This document shows, in pieces, positions 11,560 through 30,262 of a DNA stretch of 64,000 nt. Numbering within the stretch: the first letter of the stretch is position 1; each line of letters starts with the position of its first letter. The position numbers and the translations under genes are program-made. Location of the stretch: the NCBI RefSeq assembly GCF_009914755.1, contig NC_060930.1. One strand, 5' to 3'. This DNA comes from the human T2T-CHM13v2.0 reference genome, Homo sapiens. The notes beneath the pieces were generated by a model. It saw only the letters and a list, made by a program, of their open reading frames with translations. It was not told where the DNA came from and ran no database searches.

Positions 11560-11937
11560 TGTGTTGCTGGATTCTGCTTCAAGGATGGGCTTGCTGGCCA
11601 GCTGTGGGGGGTGCAGGCATCAGGCAACCCATAGTCTTCATAGCCTTCTGTGTCTGCCTCAGCTGCAGAGAGACGCCTGTCCTTTCGCCCTCAGCCTGAG
11701 CAGCCCACCTCCATTAACTGAGATGGAGAGAGGGATAGCGGCCCAGCCACTTCTGCCTAAAGGGGCCATCTCTGTTGGATCCTACACTTCTGAGCTCCCA
11801 GTTGGGTTGGTTCAGGCTTGTTGGGCCTGCATGGCAATCCTTCTTTTTCCTTTGCCAAATCCATCTTTGTTTGCTGCCATTCACAGGTGTTGATCCAAAA
11901 TCTATCTTAGTATCTGCTTTTAGGAAACTCTGCAACA
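11560..11937 (+). mobile_element. Old ERVL LTR (LTR16-like, tentative)
   Basis: 3' end CACAGGTGTTGATCC...ATCTTAGTATCTGCTT...CTCTGCAACA resembles LTR16A termini; would account for several local ORFs. Confidence 0.45.
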
Positions 11938-14785
11938 ATCAATCTATCTTTTCTGCTTGGAAAAGAGTAGAAAAAAAGAAATAATTGGACCCTTAAAGTA
12001 AATGCCTAAAAGCCTTTTCAGATAACTTACCTTTTCAATAATTTTTATATAAGAGAGGAAAAGATTACAAGTTTTTTAGTCTCAGGAAAGAAAAATTATC
12101 TAGTATTAATACTATAAAAGTAGTTAGTTATGTAGTAAGTTGACTCTTAACATAGCCCACTTAACCACTTTTTACAATGGGAAGAAAAGTTTCCTGATTT
12201 CTTGATTTATGAGGCTCCAAAAACTCTTGTTTTGAAGGTTTTCACACTCAGTTCCTGTTTAATTAATAATTGCCCTGAATGTTTTCCCATGTATCTAATT
12301 ATGTTTTGCAGTTCCATCAACCTTCCTAGCTAGTCTCAAAATACCAAAACGTTGCCTTGCCCTTGTTGTGGGTGTGGTCAAGGTTTCCTCTCTTGGGATT
12401 TCTTGCATGGGGTATGAGGGGTGGTGTTGTGGGGGAGAAGGAGAGGGATGCATAGAGTGGAGAAGAGAGTGTAGGGCGCTCATCCCTAGGGCACCAGCCT
12501 CTACTCTGTTGCCCCAGAAATGTTTCCAGACGTGTATCTGGACTTCACCCTTTAATTACCTAATTGGGTAGGTTGTAGGTAGTATGGAATCTAATGAACT
12601 GGATCAGGGAAAAAAAAATCTGAAGGAATAAGTGATCTCTCCTTGAAGGTGCTGCAGAGGTAATGAGCAGAGTTAATGAGTGACTGATCCATGGTGGTGG
12701 TCAATTTAATTTGAGTACTGAGGTTGAACACATGCTAGCTGTAATAGAAAGCAATATTCATATGCAACACATTGGGTTACATAAAATCTGGAAAGCTTAT
12801 AATTTAAAAGATACAGACACACAAAGCAACGATTCAGGCCAAGCCAGATTTAGAACTGTTTTTTAATATGAGACTGAGGGATGATATCCTGGATCTCACA
12901 GGGGCTGGATTTTGCCTGAGTGTTAGAGCTAAGATAACATCTTATTCTTGTCTATATTTCAAGAAGCATTCTTATTAGGACCATCTTCTAGAAGAAAGAA
13001 AGTTACATTTAAGAAGATTGAAACGTGAGTCAGTTTTCCGTATTGGAGAACGATGAAAAACCAAATATATGAATTCTGAAAATTTTGTGAAAGTAGACAC
13101 CTTAAAAAAATAAGAAAACATTATGAAACAGAGTTGGTCTTCATTTTTAGGTTTAACCAATCCTATTAATAATATATAGATATACTTTTGTCATAAAAAT
13201 ATTGTTTAGGTTTTACTCAGTAAGTTGTGAAAGCTATTTTGCTTGCTTCTAATATAGTTCTTAGATTTCATCTCATAGTAAAAAAAATTACAAACTTCTT
13301 ACAAAATGAAAATATCCTTTCCCTCGGTGATGATTCAAAACAGTCAATAATATTTTCTCACAATGCCACTGATGGGGTATTCTCAGAACTCTCCATTTTT
13401 AATTCAGATACATTTCTAGTCAATTTCTTTAACCTCACAGTGGGAGGTTTAAACTAAGTGATGTCACTTTAGGTATACTCAAATTGGCAATGCAAATATT
13501 TCCTTTGTTGGACATTGGGTTCTCACAGCATCTCCTAAACAAAATACATTTGCTTTAAAATTAGTGGCTTCCATCATGCATTGGCTGGACTGTTTTGTAA
13601 GTCTGTAGTATAAAAATCCAAAAACATTTGCTTCCAGCTGGCCTGTCTTGAACTAACACTGTTTTTTTTTCCTTTTCTCACTTCACTCTCTGACCTTTTA
13701 GAGGGTTTTCTTTTTTATGCTGCTGTTAGCTTTCATCTCTGCTGGTCATTCTTTCATCCTGTTTCTTCTGGGTTTCATTAACCTGTTTGTGTGAATGTTC
13801 CTTTTTTTTGTTTGTTTTTGTTTTTTAATATGTACCAGAAAAAGAAAGACTTCTTATAGTCGTGGTCACTCAAAAGTGTTGGTGGTTTTTTAAGAGGTCT
13901 TAATTGGACTTAATCCATATTTAACTCCCAGCATTTTATATAAGATACATCTTATTGTTCAGACTCATCTTTTCTAAAAGATAGTAGGGTAGGGAGAAAA
14001 AGGATACAATTTTTGAGCAATTACCAAATCTCAGAAAAAAATGTTCTTACCAGGTCACCTGGGGATAACGAAGGCAGTTTGGAGATTTTCTTCTGATTGT
14101 TTTTCGTTTATTTATGCTTTGAGTATCAGTGTTCAGTTTTAAATTCCCACTGAGAATGTTCTCATTTTGTCATTAAACTTGAATTTAGTCTCTGAATTTT
14201 TCTCTTGATGTATCACACTAATGTCCAGAGGAGTCATTAAGAAATTGTAAAGAGACCCCAGTGCTATCTATATTTATGGTCTTCTTTAGAATGTGTTTAT
14301 CAGATATTTGTGACTCTCTTCATAGAAGTAAAATACTAACATTAAAAAAGAGATTACCCGAGGGCTCAAAGGTGCAACATTATCTTGGGTTTTATTTGTC
14401 AACAATTTGAAATGTAAGAAAAAAACTGAATGTATGAATGTAATCCTTTGAAAAGGTGACTCTTACTGGTGGACTTGGTCCTCTGGAGTTGAATGAATGC
14501 TTCTGAGACATAAGTACTTTTTCTTTTCCTCCCTACAGGTTGGTAGGACAACGCTTTCCATTAACTTTGATTTTACTACTCCTGATAGTCTGACCTTTAT
14601 CTTCTAATCCAATTACATATTCAAATTTCTTCCTTCTGTTTATTCTATCTACCTTTAGATGAGCCAACTGAGAGATGAACATTTAAAATGCATAAATACG
14701 TATTTTGCCATACACTGTTTTTTTTTACTTTATGCTTTATACATCATGAAATTTACTGGTAAGACATCAAACACTTATTGAAGGC

Positions 14786-15137
14786 TGATATGGTCTGGCT
14801 CTGTGTCCTCACCCCAAATCTCATCTCGAATTGTAATCCCCATGTGTCAAGGGAGGGACCAGGTTGGGGGGTGATTGGATCGTGGGGGCAGTTTCCCCTA
14901 TGCTGTTCTCATGATAGTGAGTGAGTTCTCATGAGATCTGATGGTTTTGTAAGTGGTGGTTTCCCCTGCTCTTTTCTCTCTCCTGTCACCTTGTGAAGAA
15001 GTTGCTTGCTTCCCCTTTGCCTTCTGCCATGACTGTAAGTTTCCTGAGGCCTCCTCAGCCATGCGGAACTGTGAGTCAGTTTATAAATTACACAGTCTCA
15101 GGTATTCTTTATAGCAGTGTGAAAACGGACTAATACA
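14786..15137 (+). mobile_element. THE1 (THE1D-like) MaLR solo LTR
   Basis: TGATATGGTCTGGCTCTGTGTCC...GGACTAATACA; perfect 5-bp TSD AAGGC at 14781-14785 and 15138-15142. Confidence 0.95.
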
Positions 15138-15149
15138 AAGGCCTGTGTA

Positions 15150-19049
<3,900 letters not shown>

Positions 19050-19249
19050 TAAGACCTTTCCTTTTCAAGGCAATATATATAACAATAAAAAGATGAATTA
19101 AGTAAGCCCTCTGAATTAATATATTAAGTGGTCCCTCAGAAGGGAGAAATTTTGAAATTAAATATTATCTAAAGATTTTGATATTCACTTAATGGGAGTA
19201 TCTGAATTAAGTGTCACAACTAAAATAGTAGAGTGGTCACATTCCCTAG

Positions 19250-19410
19250 CACCAGTTCTCAAACTTTGTTAAAAATGCAGATTCCTGAGCTCTATCATTA
19301 AACATTTTTATTTAGAAGTGGGGAGTGTGGCCTTCGTATTTCAGCTGCTTAACTAGTAGCACAGCGAAGACGGTATAAGGGTCTTTGGATCACTTTTTGA
19401 AAAGCATGGT
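19250..19410. mobile_element. MER5-like hAT-Charlie fragment
   Basis: GTTCTCAAACTT...GTTAAAAATGCAGATTCCTG...CACTTTTTGAAAAGCA. Confidence 0.6.
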
Positions 19411-22169
19411 CTTAGAGAGAAGGAACAGCCCACACTCGTTCACAGTGTAGCAACACGCGGGAAAGAGAACAGTCAAATTGTTTTGATGATGACGAAAGGA
19501 AATGCAGGCTTTCTAGTATATACAAAACATATTCAAAAATCTAGAAGTTTATCACTAAGGTTTTTGGAAGTAAATCTACATTTAGCAACTCAATTTTTTA
19601 GATTTTATTCTCAATTATCTGGACATGAGATTTAGGTCTGTGATTCTCAGGTCTTCTTAGTTATACATATCACTCAAGGAGCTATGGACTCCAAATGACT
19701 TATGTTTGTGATAAAGCCTCATTTACCCCACAATAATAGGAAAGCTGCTCTGATTTTCTGAAGTTAGAAATGAAAGATTAAGTAAGTACATTTGTTATAG
19801 TTTAATATTACACATTGTATGATGAAAACATTGTCTCCTACACTGCCTCCTATTATCTGGAAAATTAGTAATACTAAAGTGTTCTTTCAAAACCAGAGAC
19901 CTAAATGGCTGGAAGCAATAATTGCTAGAGCTCTCCACCAAGCTTTGACTATAAATATTTGGCCATATTGTGTGTTAGAAAATATAAGACACACTTGCTT
20001 TCATTTTCTGAGCCTGACTCACTGAATTTTCTTGTCCAGATTGGTTTTCATCTGTTTATTCCTTTAGAGCATAGATTAGAGTCCATTGTGGTTCTCATCT
20101 CTGTTATGCATGTTTTTTTATGAATAAAATGCCAGGCACACAGAGCATACATATGCACATTTTACTACGAGATAGTAAAAGCTCAATGTGCTGGGACTGC
20201 ATTCCCAATGTGACCTTATTTTCCCACTCTTTGCAGTTTTAAAATGTTACGTTAATCTGGCGTTCTGGACGGGGATTTTCTCTTCTTTACAGTGAGTCCC
20301 AGCAGTATATAGCGGCCATAGAATAGCTAAACTTGAAGAGGCTTTTTGGCAAAGATTTGAATATATGTCCTTTGGCCTTTTCTGGTTCTTGTCTGTATTT
20401 CATAATACAAAACTAATGAGGATTTCACTTTGGTGAAATCTGCCTTACTAAATGATGCTTGCAAATAACACATTCATTTGTTAGCATTTGGGATTCTGAT
20501 TAAATCATTTTGCTTTAGTAGCTGTTAAAGATTATAGTTTGAAAGAAAAAAGTGTTTTGGCATTGAGTACTTTGAGACCCCTGTACAGTGTACCAAAATC
20601 TATGCAAATTGTTACGAGGCCTTTTAATTACAGGTGAACCCCAGCACTTATTATCATCTGATGCACAGATTATGCACATGTCATATATTGGTAATAAAAT
20701 ATCAAAGTTAGACTGACACTCTTAAAGTGCTTAACACTGTTTTATTGGCTTACTAGCCCTAACTGGATTCATTGCATCCATTTTTTTCATTCTGCCACTT
20801 AAAACATTTGCCACGTTGTTTTATTCATGCTTTTATCACAGCTTTGTCTGTAACTACATTGACTTGATTACTCATATTCTATGGCAATTCCTGACATTTG
20901 GCTTATTTTTCCACTAGCCTCCTTACTTTTAAAAACCACTCCATCTCATTTTTCAACAACCTCTGATTATCTCAAAGTTACCTCGGATTATCCTGACACG
21001 TCCTTCGGCTTCTGAGGATATTGACCCAGTATTTCAAGACTGAGGTGACTCTGAGACAGAAGACGGAGCCAGTGGTGATGTGCTCCCTTATTCAGACTCT
21101 TTGAATAATGCTTTTTACTCAGCTATGGACTCTGCTAGAAAGACACTTTAATATTTTTGCCATTTATATTTTTCTGTTGTTGAAAAATAATAGAAACCAG
21201 TGCCTTAGTTGGTTTAACAATTCAACAAAGTTGTTTTCAAAAGAAGAAAGAAAATGTAACTCCATTTAGGTTGTCTTTCATTTGCAAACACTAACTGAAA
21301 CTTGAGTTAGGGATTGTATAACTTGGAAACAGTATTAATAAAATGAAGTCATTGTCATATTAAAAATGTCCTAATGTTCACTTTAAGTGTATTTTTAAAA
21401 ACCTCACAGGCAATGGTGTGAAAGAAACCAAGGAGATGTTTACATTCATTAGTTCCACTGGAAAAAACTGGTTAATGTAATTGTATAGATTTTTCCCTTC
21501 TTGTTTTGTGTGCTGTATAACCCAGTCTTTGCTTTATGTACAAATACCCTGGTTTCTAAATGCTACTTATTTTCTTCAGAAATAAAGTATGCTTTCAATT
21601 TAGTGAGTAACTTTATATGTATGTGCATTTGTTTGGAAGAGATAGTAAGTAATAATAATTTAATTCATGTAGGGCAGCCTTTTCTTCTAAGAAGCTTCAT
21701 TAATTCACATATGGTATAATTATTTTTTATTTCCCTTTACCAGAATAAATCTTTCCTTCTAGAATGATGCTTTTTCCTTGAGTGGATACTGCCTCTCTTT
21801 AAAGTATCTTAGCTTAGAATTAAAAAAAAAAAAGTTAATTTTTCTTGAAAACGAATCCCAGACATTATTGGATGGTGGAGTTGGCTCAATGACTTAACTA
21901 TGTCAGGTCTGACATCTCTGTTAATTCTTTAAGCCTTTTCCTTGTGATTAGAACATGGCTGTCATCAATCCAGCCATCATATCTACTTTTAAGTCAGGAA
22001 GAAATGGAAAGGACCTGCCTTTTGCTTATAATTTTAAATATAAAGGATTCTCAGGAAGTTCTGTAAACTGAAAATAGAAATGCTGCTCATTTTCTACTTG
22101 AAATAATATTTTTACCTTTCAAATTGATTATCTGAAAGGTTATAAAAATATATCTTTATTACATTATTT

Positions 22170-22570
22170 CACATATATTCATTTAAGAAATATTTTTCAC
22201 TAACTATGTTCCATACAATGTTTTAGAAGTTGAGACTACAAATGCTAATAAAACAGGGATTTTGCCTTTAAGTCGCTTCTGGATTCATCAGGAAGAAATA
22301 CAAGAAAACAGACAAGAATAGTACTGTGTGAATCACAAAGCATAGAGCTTAGCACTACAGAAGCATCAGATAGGGTGTGGAGCTGCTCTCTATTAGCTGG
22401 AACAGATGAGACTTGACCTGTGATCTGGAGCATGAAGATAAGGTGATTGATAAAAGCAAGAGGAAGCTATGGAAGTTATCTAGACACGAGGACCTGCATG
22501 TGCAAAGGCCTGGAAGTGACAGAGTGTATGGTTTACTCAAGAACAAGTGATTGCATATGGCTGGATCATA
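22170..22570 (-). mobile_element. L2 fragment
   Basis: Antisense L2 3' end (ATTCATTTAAGAAATATTT...) and the TGTGCAAAGGCCTGGAAG motif. Confidence 0.6.
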
Positions 22571-22769
22571 GGCACAAAGGGTGGAAATTTAGGCAAATAC
22601 TTTACTCAGGACTTTGGTCTTCATCCTATCCATGATAATTGTGCTATAGCCTTCTACTTTTACCTGATGCTAATTCCTTAGAACTTAGTTTTGGTTTCAC
22701 TTTTCTGCAACTTGTAAACCAATAAGTCAAATATTTTTCTTGTATTAACACTAGTATTTAGTAGGAACT

Positions 22770-23115
22770 GTATATTGGTGATCTGCTGGCCTACTCTGAC
22801 CTACGGGCATGGATAGTGGGATATTTTTGTTTTGTTTTTTTTCTTTTTTTAACCTGTACAGAATAAAAAATTGAATTAGTTTCCAACATTTCACAATCAA
22901 GAGATTTCACAGATGAAACTAGTTTTTCTGGAAAAATGAGAAGATCTGGAAATCCTGGGCCTGCATTCCCATATGGCAACAGTAAGCTGGAGCTGAGTAA
23001 GGGTAGGTAGTATCTGGTTCACTACAGTCTTCATTTTCTGTTGTTTTACAACATACTCACCTAACTAATTAAAAGTGCTTGGTTGGCTGATGAAGACGCT
23101 TATATTTGCTATCTC
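22770..23115. mobile_element. MER102-like hAT-Charlie
   Basis: GCATTCCCATATGGCAACAGTAAGCTGGAGCTGAGTA motif. Confidence 0.55.
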
Positions 23116-23121
23116 TAGTGC

Positions 23122-23514
23122 TGATAGAGACAGGAGGCAGCCAAATGCCTAGGCAGATAGGAGCGGGTACACAGTGAAACCCCACCTTCAAGTGGAAGGT
23201 TTAAAGCCTGCGACCCAGCCACATGGGGGACTTTCCTGCCTTTGGATTAGGTAATCACCCACTGCTTCGCCATTCCACTGAGAGCTGTTCCATTGCTCAA
23301 TAAAAATATTCTCTGCCCTCCTCACCCTTCAATGTCCAGTGTATCCTCATCCTTCTTGGGTGCAGTAGAAGAGCTCAGGAATCACCAAACAGGGGTACAA
23401 GCTATGACACAGGCAAGCTGGGGCATGCCAGTGTGGCAGAGCGAGGCCTGGAAAGGAGTTGCCAGCTGGGGGCCCCCGGCTTGCAAAGTGACCTAGAAGA
23501 AAAGTCCCGCATCT
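23122..23514 (+). mobile_element. ERV1-class solo LTR (MER50-like), internally deleted
   Basis: Starts TGATAGAGACAGGAGGCAGCCAAATGCCTAGGCAGATAGG; internal AATAAA at ~23299; 4-bp TSD GTGC at 23118-23121 and 23515-23518. Confidence 0.75.
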
Positions 23515-24233
23515 GTGCAGGACATAGAACTACATAAATTTAGTTAACTTGCACAATAACAGTTCTGGACAAGGTGCAGTGACATAATTCTGTTTTCGTT
23601 TATGCAAGCTGACCCTGTGGTCAGTGGGTTCACAATGGCCAATAGCTTGCTTCAGCGAACAGAAATGAAACACCTCTGTGTTATGAATCTTGTTTCTAAT
23701 TATCTTATACAATGTTTGTAACTCTCAAAATGGTTGCTCCCGATAGACATTATAATCTAAAAATCCCTTCAGCAAATTATAAGAAAAGGAACATAAGATT
23801 ATGAGTCTGGAGGCATGATGACTTCACAGTAACAAACATCCAAATGGCATTGGTTGACCATTTAATTTCCTTGGCCCTCAGAAACTTCCATTAGAAAATG
23901 TCTGTAATGTCACCCCCAATATCTATCTGAGAGGTTATTACTGGCATTCAAGTGAAACAGGGTGTGTTTCAGAAAGAAAAGCAGGTAACTACTGAGGACC
24001 CACAGATGAAAGGAAATGTTGCTCATGGTTAGGGGTCTTGGGATCTTGATAAAATGTCTGACCAGAAAGTACTATTGGCTAAAGGAAACTGTCCAACTTT
24101 AAACCAAAATATGATTCCATATGGAGACTTTAAGGGATGTGGCTGGTAGACAGACTAGCAGTAGACAAAGATTTCAAGAACTTTCTGCATTATGTTTTGC
24201 TCAGAGAGTGGATGGAATTTATTGAGCCTATTA

Positions 24234-24560
<327 letters not shown>

Positions 24561-25469
24561 CTAATTAGTATCAGAGACAAAACAAGAAACATTGGATATC
24601 TAAACTCTCAATCCAATGATCCTTACATTATGCCTGTGGTGTCACTTAGAAGAGAGAGATTTTGATGCTCACACGGGGTTTACCTGAAAAGCTGTTGGTT
24701 TTTCTGTTTCCTAAGAAAGCTAGAGAAGACCCTTTTCTTTTGTATCCTTTAAGGCTTATTTACTTTGTGGGTCAGTTAGGGGAGCCTCAATATGTTGTGA
24801 TGGATGGATTTGGGGGTCAACAGGGATTCTTACGATATTTGATTTTTCAGTAGTTAGAGGAAATAAGAGCAAATTGCTTAATTGCTTCAAATATTCTGGA
24901 AGGCAAGCATTCCAAGCACATCTTACTCTTTTGGCTGTTGGAGTCATAGGTCTTCAATCCTCCTAACACAGGAAGAATCTTCACCGCTAAAAATCTGGCA
25001 TAATTTTTTTACACTCACAAGAAAACCTGTCGTAGGTGAGTAAAATCATGTATCACCTCTAATAAATTTTATTTTTATAAAGTTTTGATAGCATTTCGTA
25101 TGAAAAATATTTTCATACATGAAATTTTAAAATAGTTTATTGATGGCTTTTTCTGCTCAATGTGCTGCAAGAGGCAAAAGTTTCCCAATGTAAGTTTAAA
25201 ATCCTTTGATAATGCTAGAATTGGACTATTAGTGTGCTTGTGTAAATCATTGTTGCCAATTACAATTTATCTATCAATTGTGATATTTCTAATTTTAGCT
25301 AGTGTTAACCTTAAAAATAAATTCTTTATATTTGTTTAGTGCATTGCCAAGTCCACTTGCATTTTTTTCCTGTTTCTTAAATCATTTTTTTTCTCTCTAC
25401 TGGTCACATCGTGCATGGACTTCTATAACATAGCTTCCTAACTGATTTTCCTGCATCACTCTTTGTCTT

Positions 25470-26042
25470 AAATTGTGCCTATTGACAGCTTGATTAAGCT
25501 TGGAAGTACATTAGGAGAATCCCCTTCCTGTGGAGTTTCCTGTAGCATTAGTCAGGAGAGGAACTTTAGTGGAAATACACTATTGGAAGCACACCAGATA
25601 CAAAGATGAATAGATGCAGAGGTACCTGGTGGGTCCCAGTTTATCCTCACTGTCCTCCACATGGTGGTCCTCTCATCATCCAGAGTACAGGACCTGCTGA
25701 CCACTGTGGCCCCAGGCCCACCACCAGATGCTTGATTCCAGACCCACAGAGGCAGTAGCTGCCAAAGGCAAAAGCTCTCCTGAGGTCTCCCTGAGCGCCT
25801 GCTCACAGCCCTGCTTCATAGATTGGCTGTGCTTGGCTTCTCAAGTCTCTCTGAAAGCATTGTCTTGCCAACCTGAGTCAGTGCTTCCTGACTTTTCCAT
25901 CCTCCAACTCCCTCTCCCAGAACTTTCCTTTCCTTGCTCTTCCCACAATTCTGTAAACTCTAATTCCTATGGTAAATGCTTTATGGATTTACCATAATGC
26001 TCATAGTGACTCTGCTTCCACTACCAAAGCCCAGCTGATACA
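25470..26042 (+). mobile_element. Old ERVL-type LTR (subfamily uncertain)
   Basis: Ends TCTGCTTCC...CAGCTGATACA, typical of LTR33/40/41-type termini. Confidence 0.45.
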
Positions 26043-27535
26043 CCCTTGAACTCATCCATTGCCTTTCCCAGAGCAAAACTTTTACAGTGAAAGTGATCAT
26101 GAACTGACTTAATTCCCCTCTCCCCTTTCCTTGATCAATCCTTGATCCTCTTCATCTCTTTCAAAACTCTCACTTCCTAGGTTTCAGAGCTCCGTCTCCC
26201 TGGATTCTGCCCTCCTGGGCCACACACCCACATACTTTTGAGTTCAGGGCTTTTGCTCTGACTCACTTGCTAATATAGCAGGCTAGGATTTTATGTGGAG
26301 CAGATCTCAGTTCAAACTCTTGTGCTGCCCTTTCTAGCTGGGGACTTAGATAAGTTATTTGACATTTGTTAGGTATAACTTACTCACATGTAAGAGGGGG
26401 ATAATGTCATAGTTATCTTATGAGGGTGGTAGGAGATGTAGATACAAAACTGAAAAGCATCTAGCAGTGCCAAATACCTGTGAGTGCCTCCACAGATATT
26501 GACTTGCTTCCTCTTTTTCTTTATGCTGTGAACAATCCTCCATTGCCTTCCAAGGAGAAGAAGTGACCTCATGGTCCAGATGTTTTACTGCCTCTAGTAT
26601 TGCAAATCCCAGTGGAGAAGGTTCCTGGTTGAACCATGAATTGAAACACCTAGCATTGAAGTAAGAACATCTTGGTTCAAGGGCAAGGGGCTTTATCTTT
26701 TAATGTGGGTGATTGTTCCTGTGAGTGATTATAGTGAAGCTGTACTTTGAAAAATTGCTGATGTTGATGCTGATTACAGATATGGAGAATGGACAAAATG
26801 AGAAAAGAAAAATGAAAAATTGAACTTTCCTGTAAAAGCAACACTAATTATAGACATTTATATCTATGGCTTATTATTTATAACTAATTAGTATGCAGCA
26901 CAATGGCAGTGATGCAAGTCATTACATATATCACACCACCAACTTGTTTCACTCAATTGCAACAATAATTTCTCTCCATGGACACTTGACTATTGGTTTG
27001 TTGTTCAGGTTTGTTCATCTACTGATAACATAGAGTAATTAGAGGAATAGCAGTTTCCACAAAGAGAATACTGATGTATAGTGATAATTTTTTGCACTTC
27101 ATCCCTTAAACAGTACTGTGGCAAAGTTGCTATTCTTATCTGCATTTTTCTGATAGGAAACTGAGGCCCAAAGAATGTAAGTAAATGCCAAAAGCCTTAA
27201 ATATAGACGTTGGACTCAAACACTTTTCTCTTCCAAGCTCTTACTTGGACCTATGCGGCAAAGCTGATCTGTTGAAAGACGTTTAGTGACACATAAATGT
27301 CTTTAATTAATGGAATGAAAATGACATGAGATGGATTTGTAAAATCAAGATTTGTAGGTTTAGGCTTGAGTTCTACATCCTAGGGCAAAGGATGTGACTG
27401 CTTATCTGCCCCTAGGGTCAGAATTCCTGACATTCTTGTTTTTTAATGCTTGTGTCTGCTTGCACTTTGTAATCTGTAGGCTTCCTGAAAGCTCCAAAAA
27501 TCTAAAAACAATAAATCATTCAACATCTTTTAGCT

Positions 27536-27866
<331 letters not shown>

Positions 27867-28879
27867 TGAGCTACCCAAATGGCCTAGCACTATCTTCAAT
27901 ATTTCAGAAGTACCATACTGTGTTCCAAACAAAACATAGCATTCCCTATGGACAGTGTGGTTTCTAACCGAAGTGGACAGTGGGTCCTCATGCCTGATGG
28001 CTCTAGAGAAGAGAAGGCTGCAATTGGACCCAAGTTCTTCAGTTAGGCCAATAAATACTCCCTGTTACTCTGATCTGATGATTTTGAGATTTATCTGCAA
28101 GGTGTAGGGGAGAAGGAAAGTCAATTTGCCATGCTTAAAGGAAAGGATAATGGGTTAAAGAAGACTTTGATGAAGCTTTGAAGTCTTAAGAAAGCTAGAT
28201 TATATCATTCTCTCCAAAGGTGTTTCAGTCGCCCTTTTTACCTTGGGGTTTGGCGGTTATTTTATGCCCCCTAAAAACAATGTACCAATTATCCAGTGAC
28301 TAGTGTTCCAATTAATTTATGGACATGAAGATTAACATGCAATCTGCTAATGCATTAATGAGTTTGTAATATTTAGAAATAGGAGGACCAAAACTGGTAG
28401 ACCAATTCTGAGTTTTATCAACTTCAGTGGTTGAAATTAAAATGAAAATAGCAACATTTGTTTTTATTCTCCCTACAAAGAAACTAATTATTTTCCTCTG
28501 GGTAATGATAATTAACAAAATTCCTATTGTGTTCCTGATCAGTTCACAGCTGGCACTTCGATAATTACAAAGACTTGGTTTTATGAGGTGACATTAAACT
28601 CCTGCCTAACTTGGGAAGTACATTAATTGTATACTATTGCCTGAGCTTATTAATTCTAAATTATGCCTCAATGAACTTCTCAAATTGGGAGCAACATTTA
28701 TATTAATAAACTAGTCAGTGAGAGGGAGGGAAGGAGGGTGCGAGAGAGAGAGAGAGAAAAAGAGAGATCATAAGAATCTACTACTGAGTGTAGATTTTGT
28801 CTGCTCCAGATGTTATAGCTGGGTTTAAAAAACTTTGATATGTTTGAATAAATTCCAAAGGAACGTCTCATCCATTCTT

Positions 28880-29183
<304 letters not shown>

Positions 29184-29711
29184 TCATCCATTCTTATAAC
29201 ACATTTTTAGCCATTCTTTTTTCATTTAAGCAGGAAAAGCGAAGTGCTAGGTAAGCCTGGGATTTGTGGTTGAAATGTGTTCAGAGTGCTACCCTCCCTC
29301 ATTCCTTGGAACTTTCTGAAGGACCAGAACTGACCTGAGGACCTGTCGGGTGTGTATCACTGAGGGAGTTCCAGGGCTATGCAGGGAAGCCCTGAGTGGG
29401 ATGCAGTGATTCCTCTCTATTGTGTCTATTTCCATGAGGGCTGCCATCCTTCATGTAACAGTACCTTTAGGAACAGGGACCATATATCTATATATTTCTA
29501 TTTCTAAGTTTCAAACAGTGCTTGGCAGCTAACAGGTGGTCAACTAATGTTTGTCGGATGAATGAAGGGTGGTACCAAGGAAGAATGGTGCGTTTAGTCC
29601 TGGCTGCTAAAGGAGGTTTAATGATAATTGGCCAATGTGTGGTGATTAAGCCTCAACAGTTACATAGAAGAAACCATGTTTATACTCATGTTGCTTTAAC
29701 AATGCCATTGA

Positions 29712-30024
<313 letters not shown>

Positions 30025-30059
30025 TTAAATTTCCAGTATAGCAATTTAAAAGATGATCT

Positions 30060-30262
30060 TTAATTTTTATGGATACATAATAGTTGCACATATTTACTAT
30101 TTATGGGGTACATGTGATATTTTGATACAAACATACACTGTGTAATGATCAAATCAGGGTAATTGCAATATCCAACACCTTAAACGTTTATTATTTCTTT
30201 GTGTTAAGAACATTCCAATTCTACTCTTTCAGTTATTTCAACAATAAATTATTGTTAACTAT
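30060..30262 (-). mobile_element. L1MA 3' end fragment
   Basis: GGGGTACATGTGATATTTTGATACA...TGTAATGATCAAATCAGGGTAATT...CAATAAATTATTGTTAACTAT. Confidence 0.8.

Noticed and set aside
14521-14545. Strong acceptor ttcttttcctccctacag (also similar ones at ~20292 and ~41530)
   Set aside because: No convincing paired donor or reading frame; could be lncRNA exons but this cannot be supported from sequence alone.
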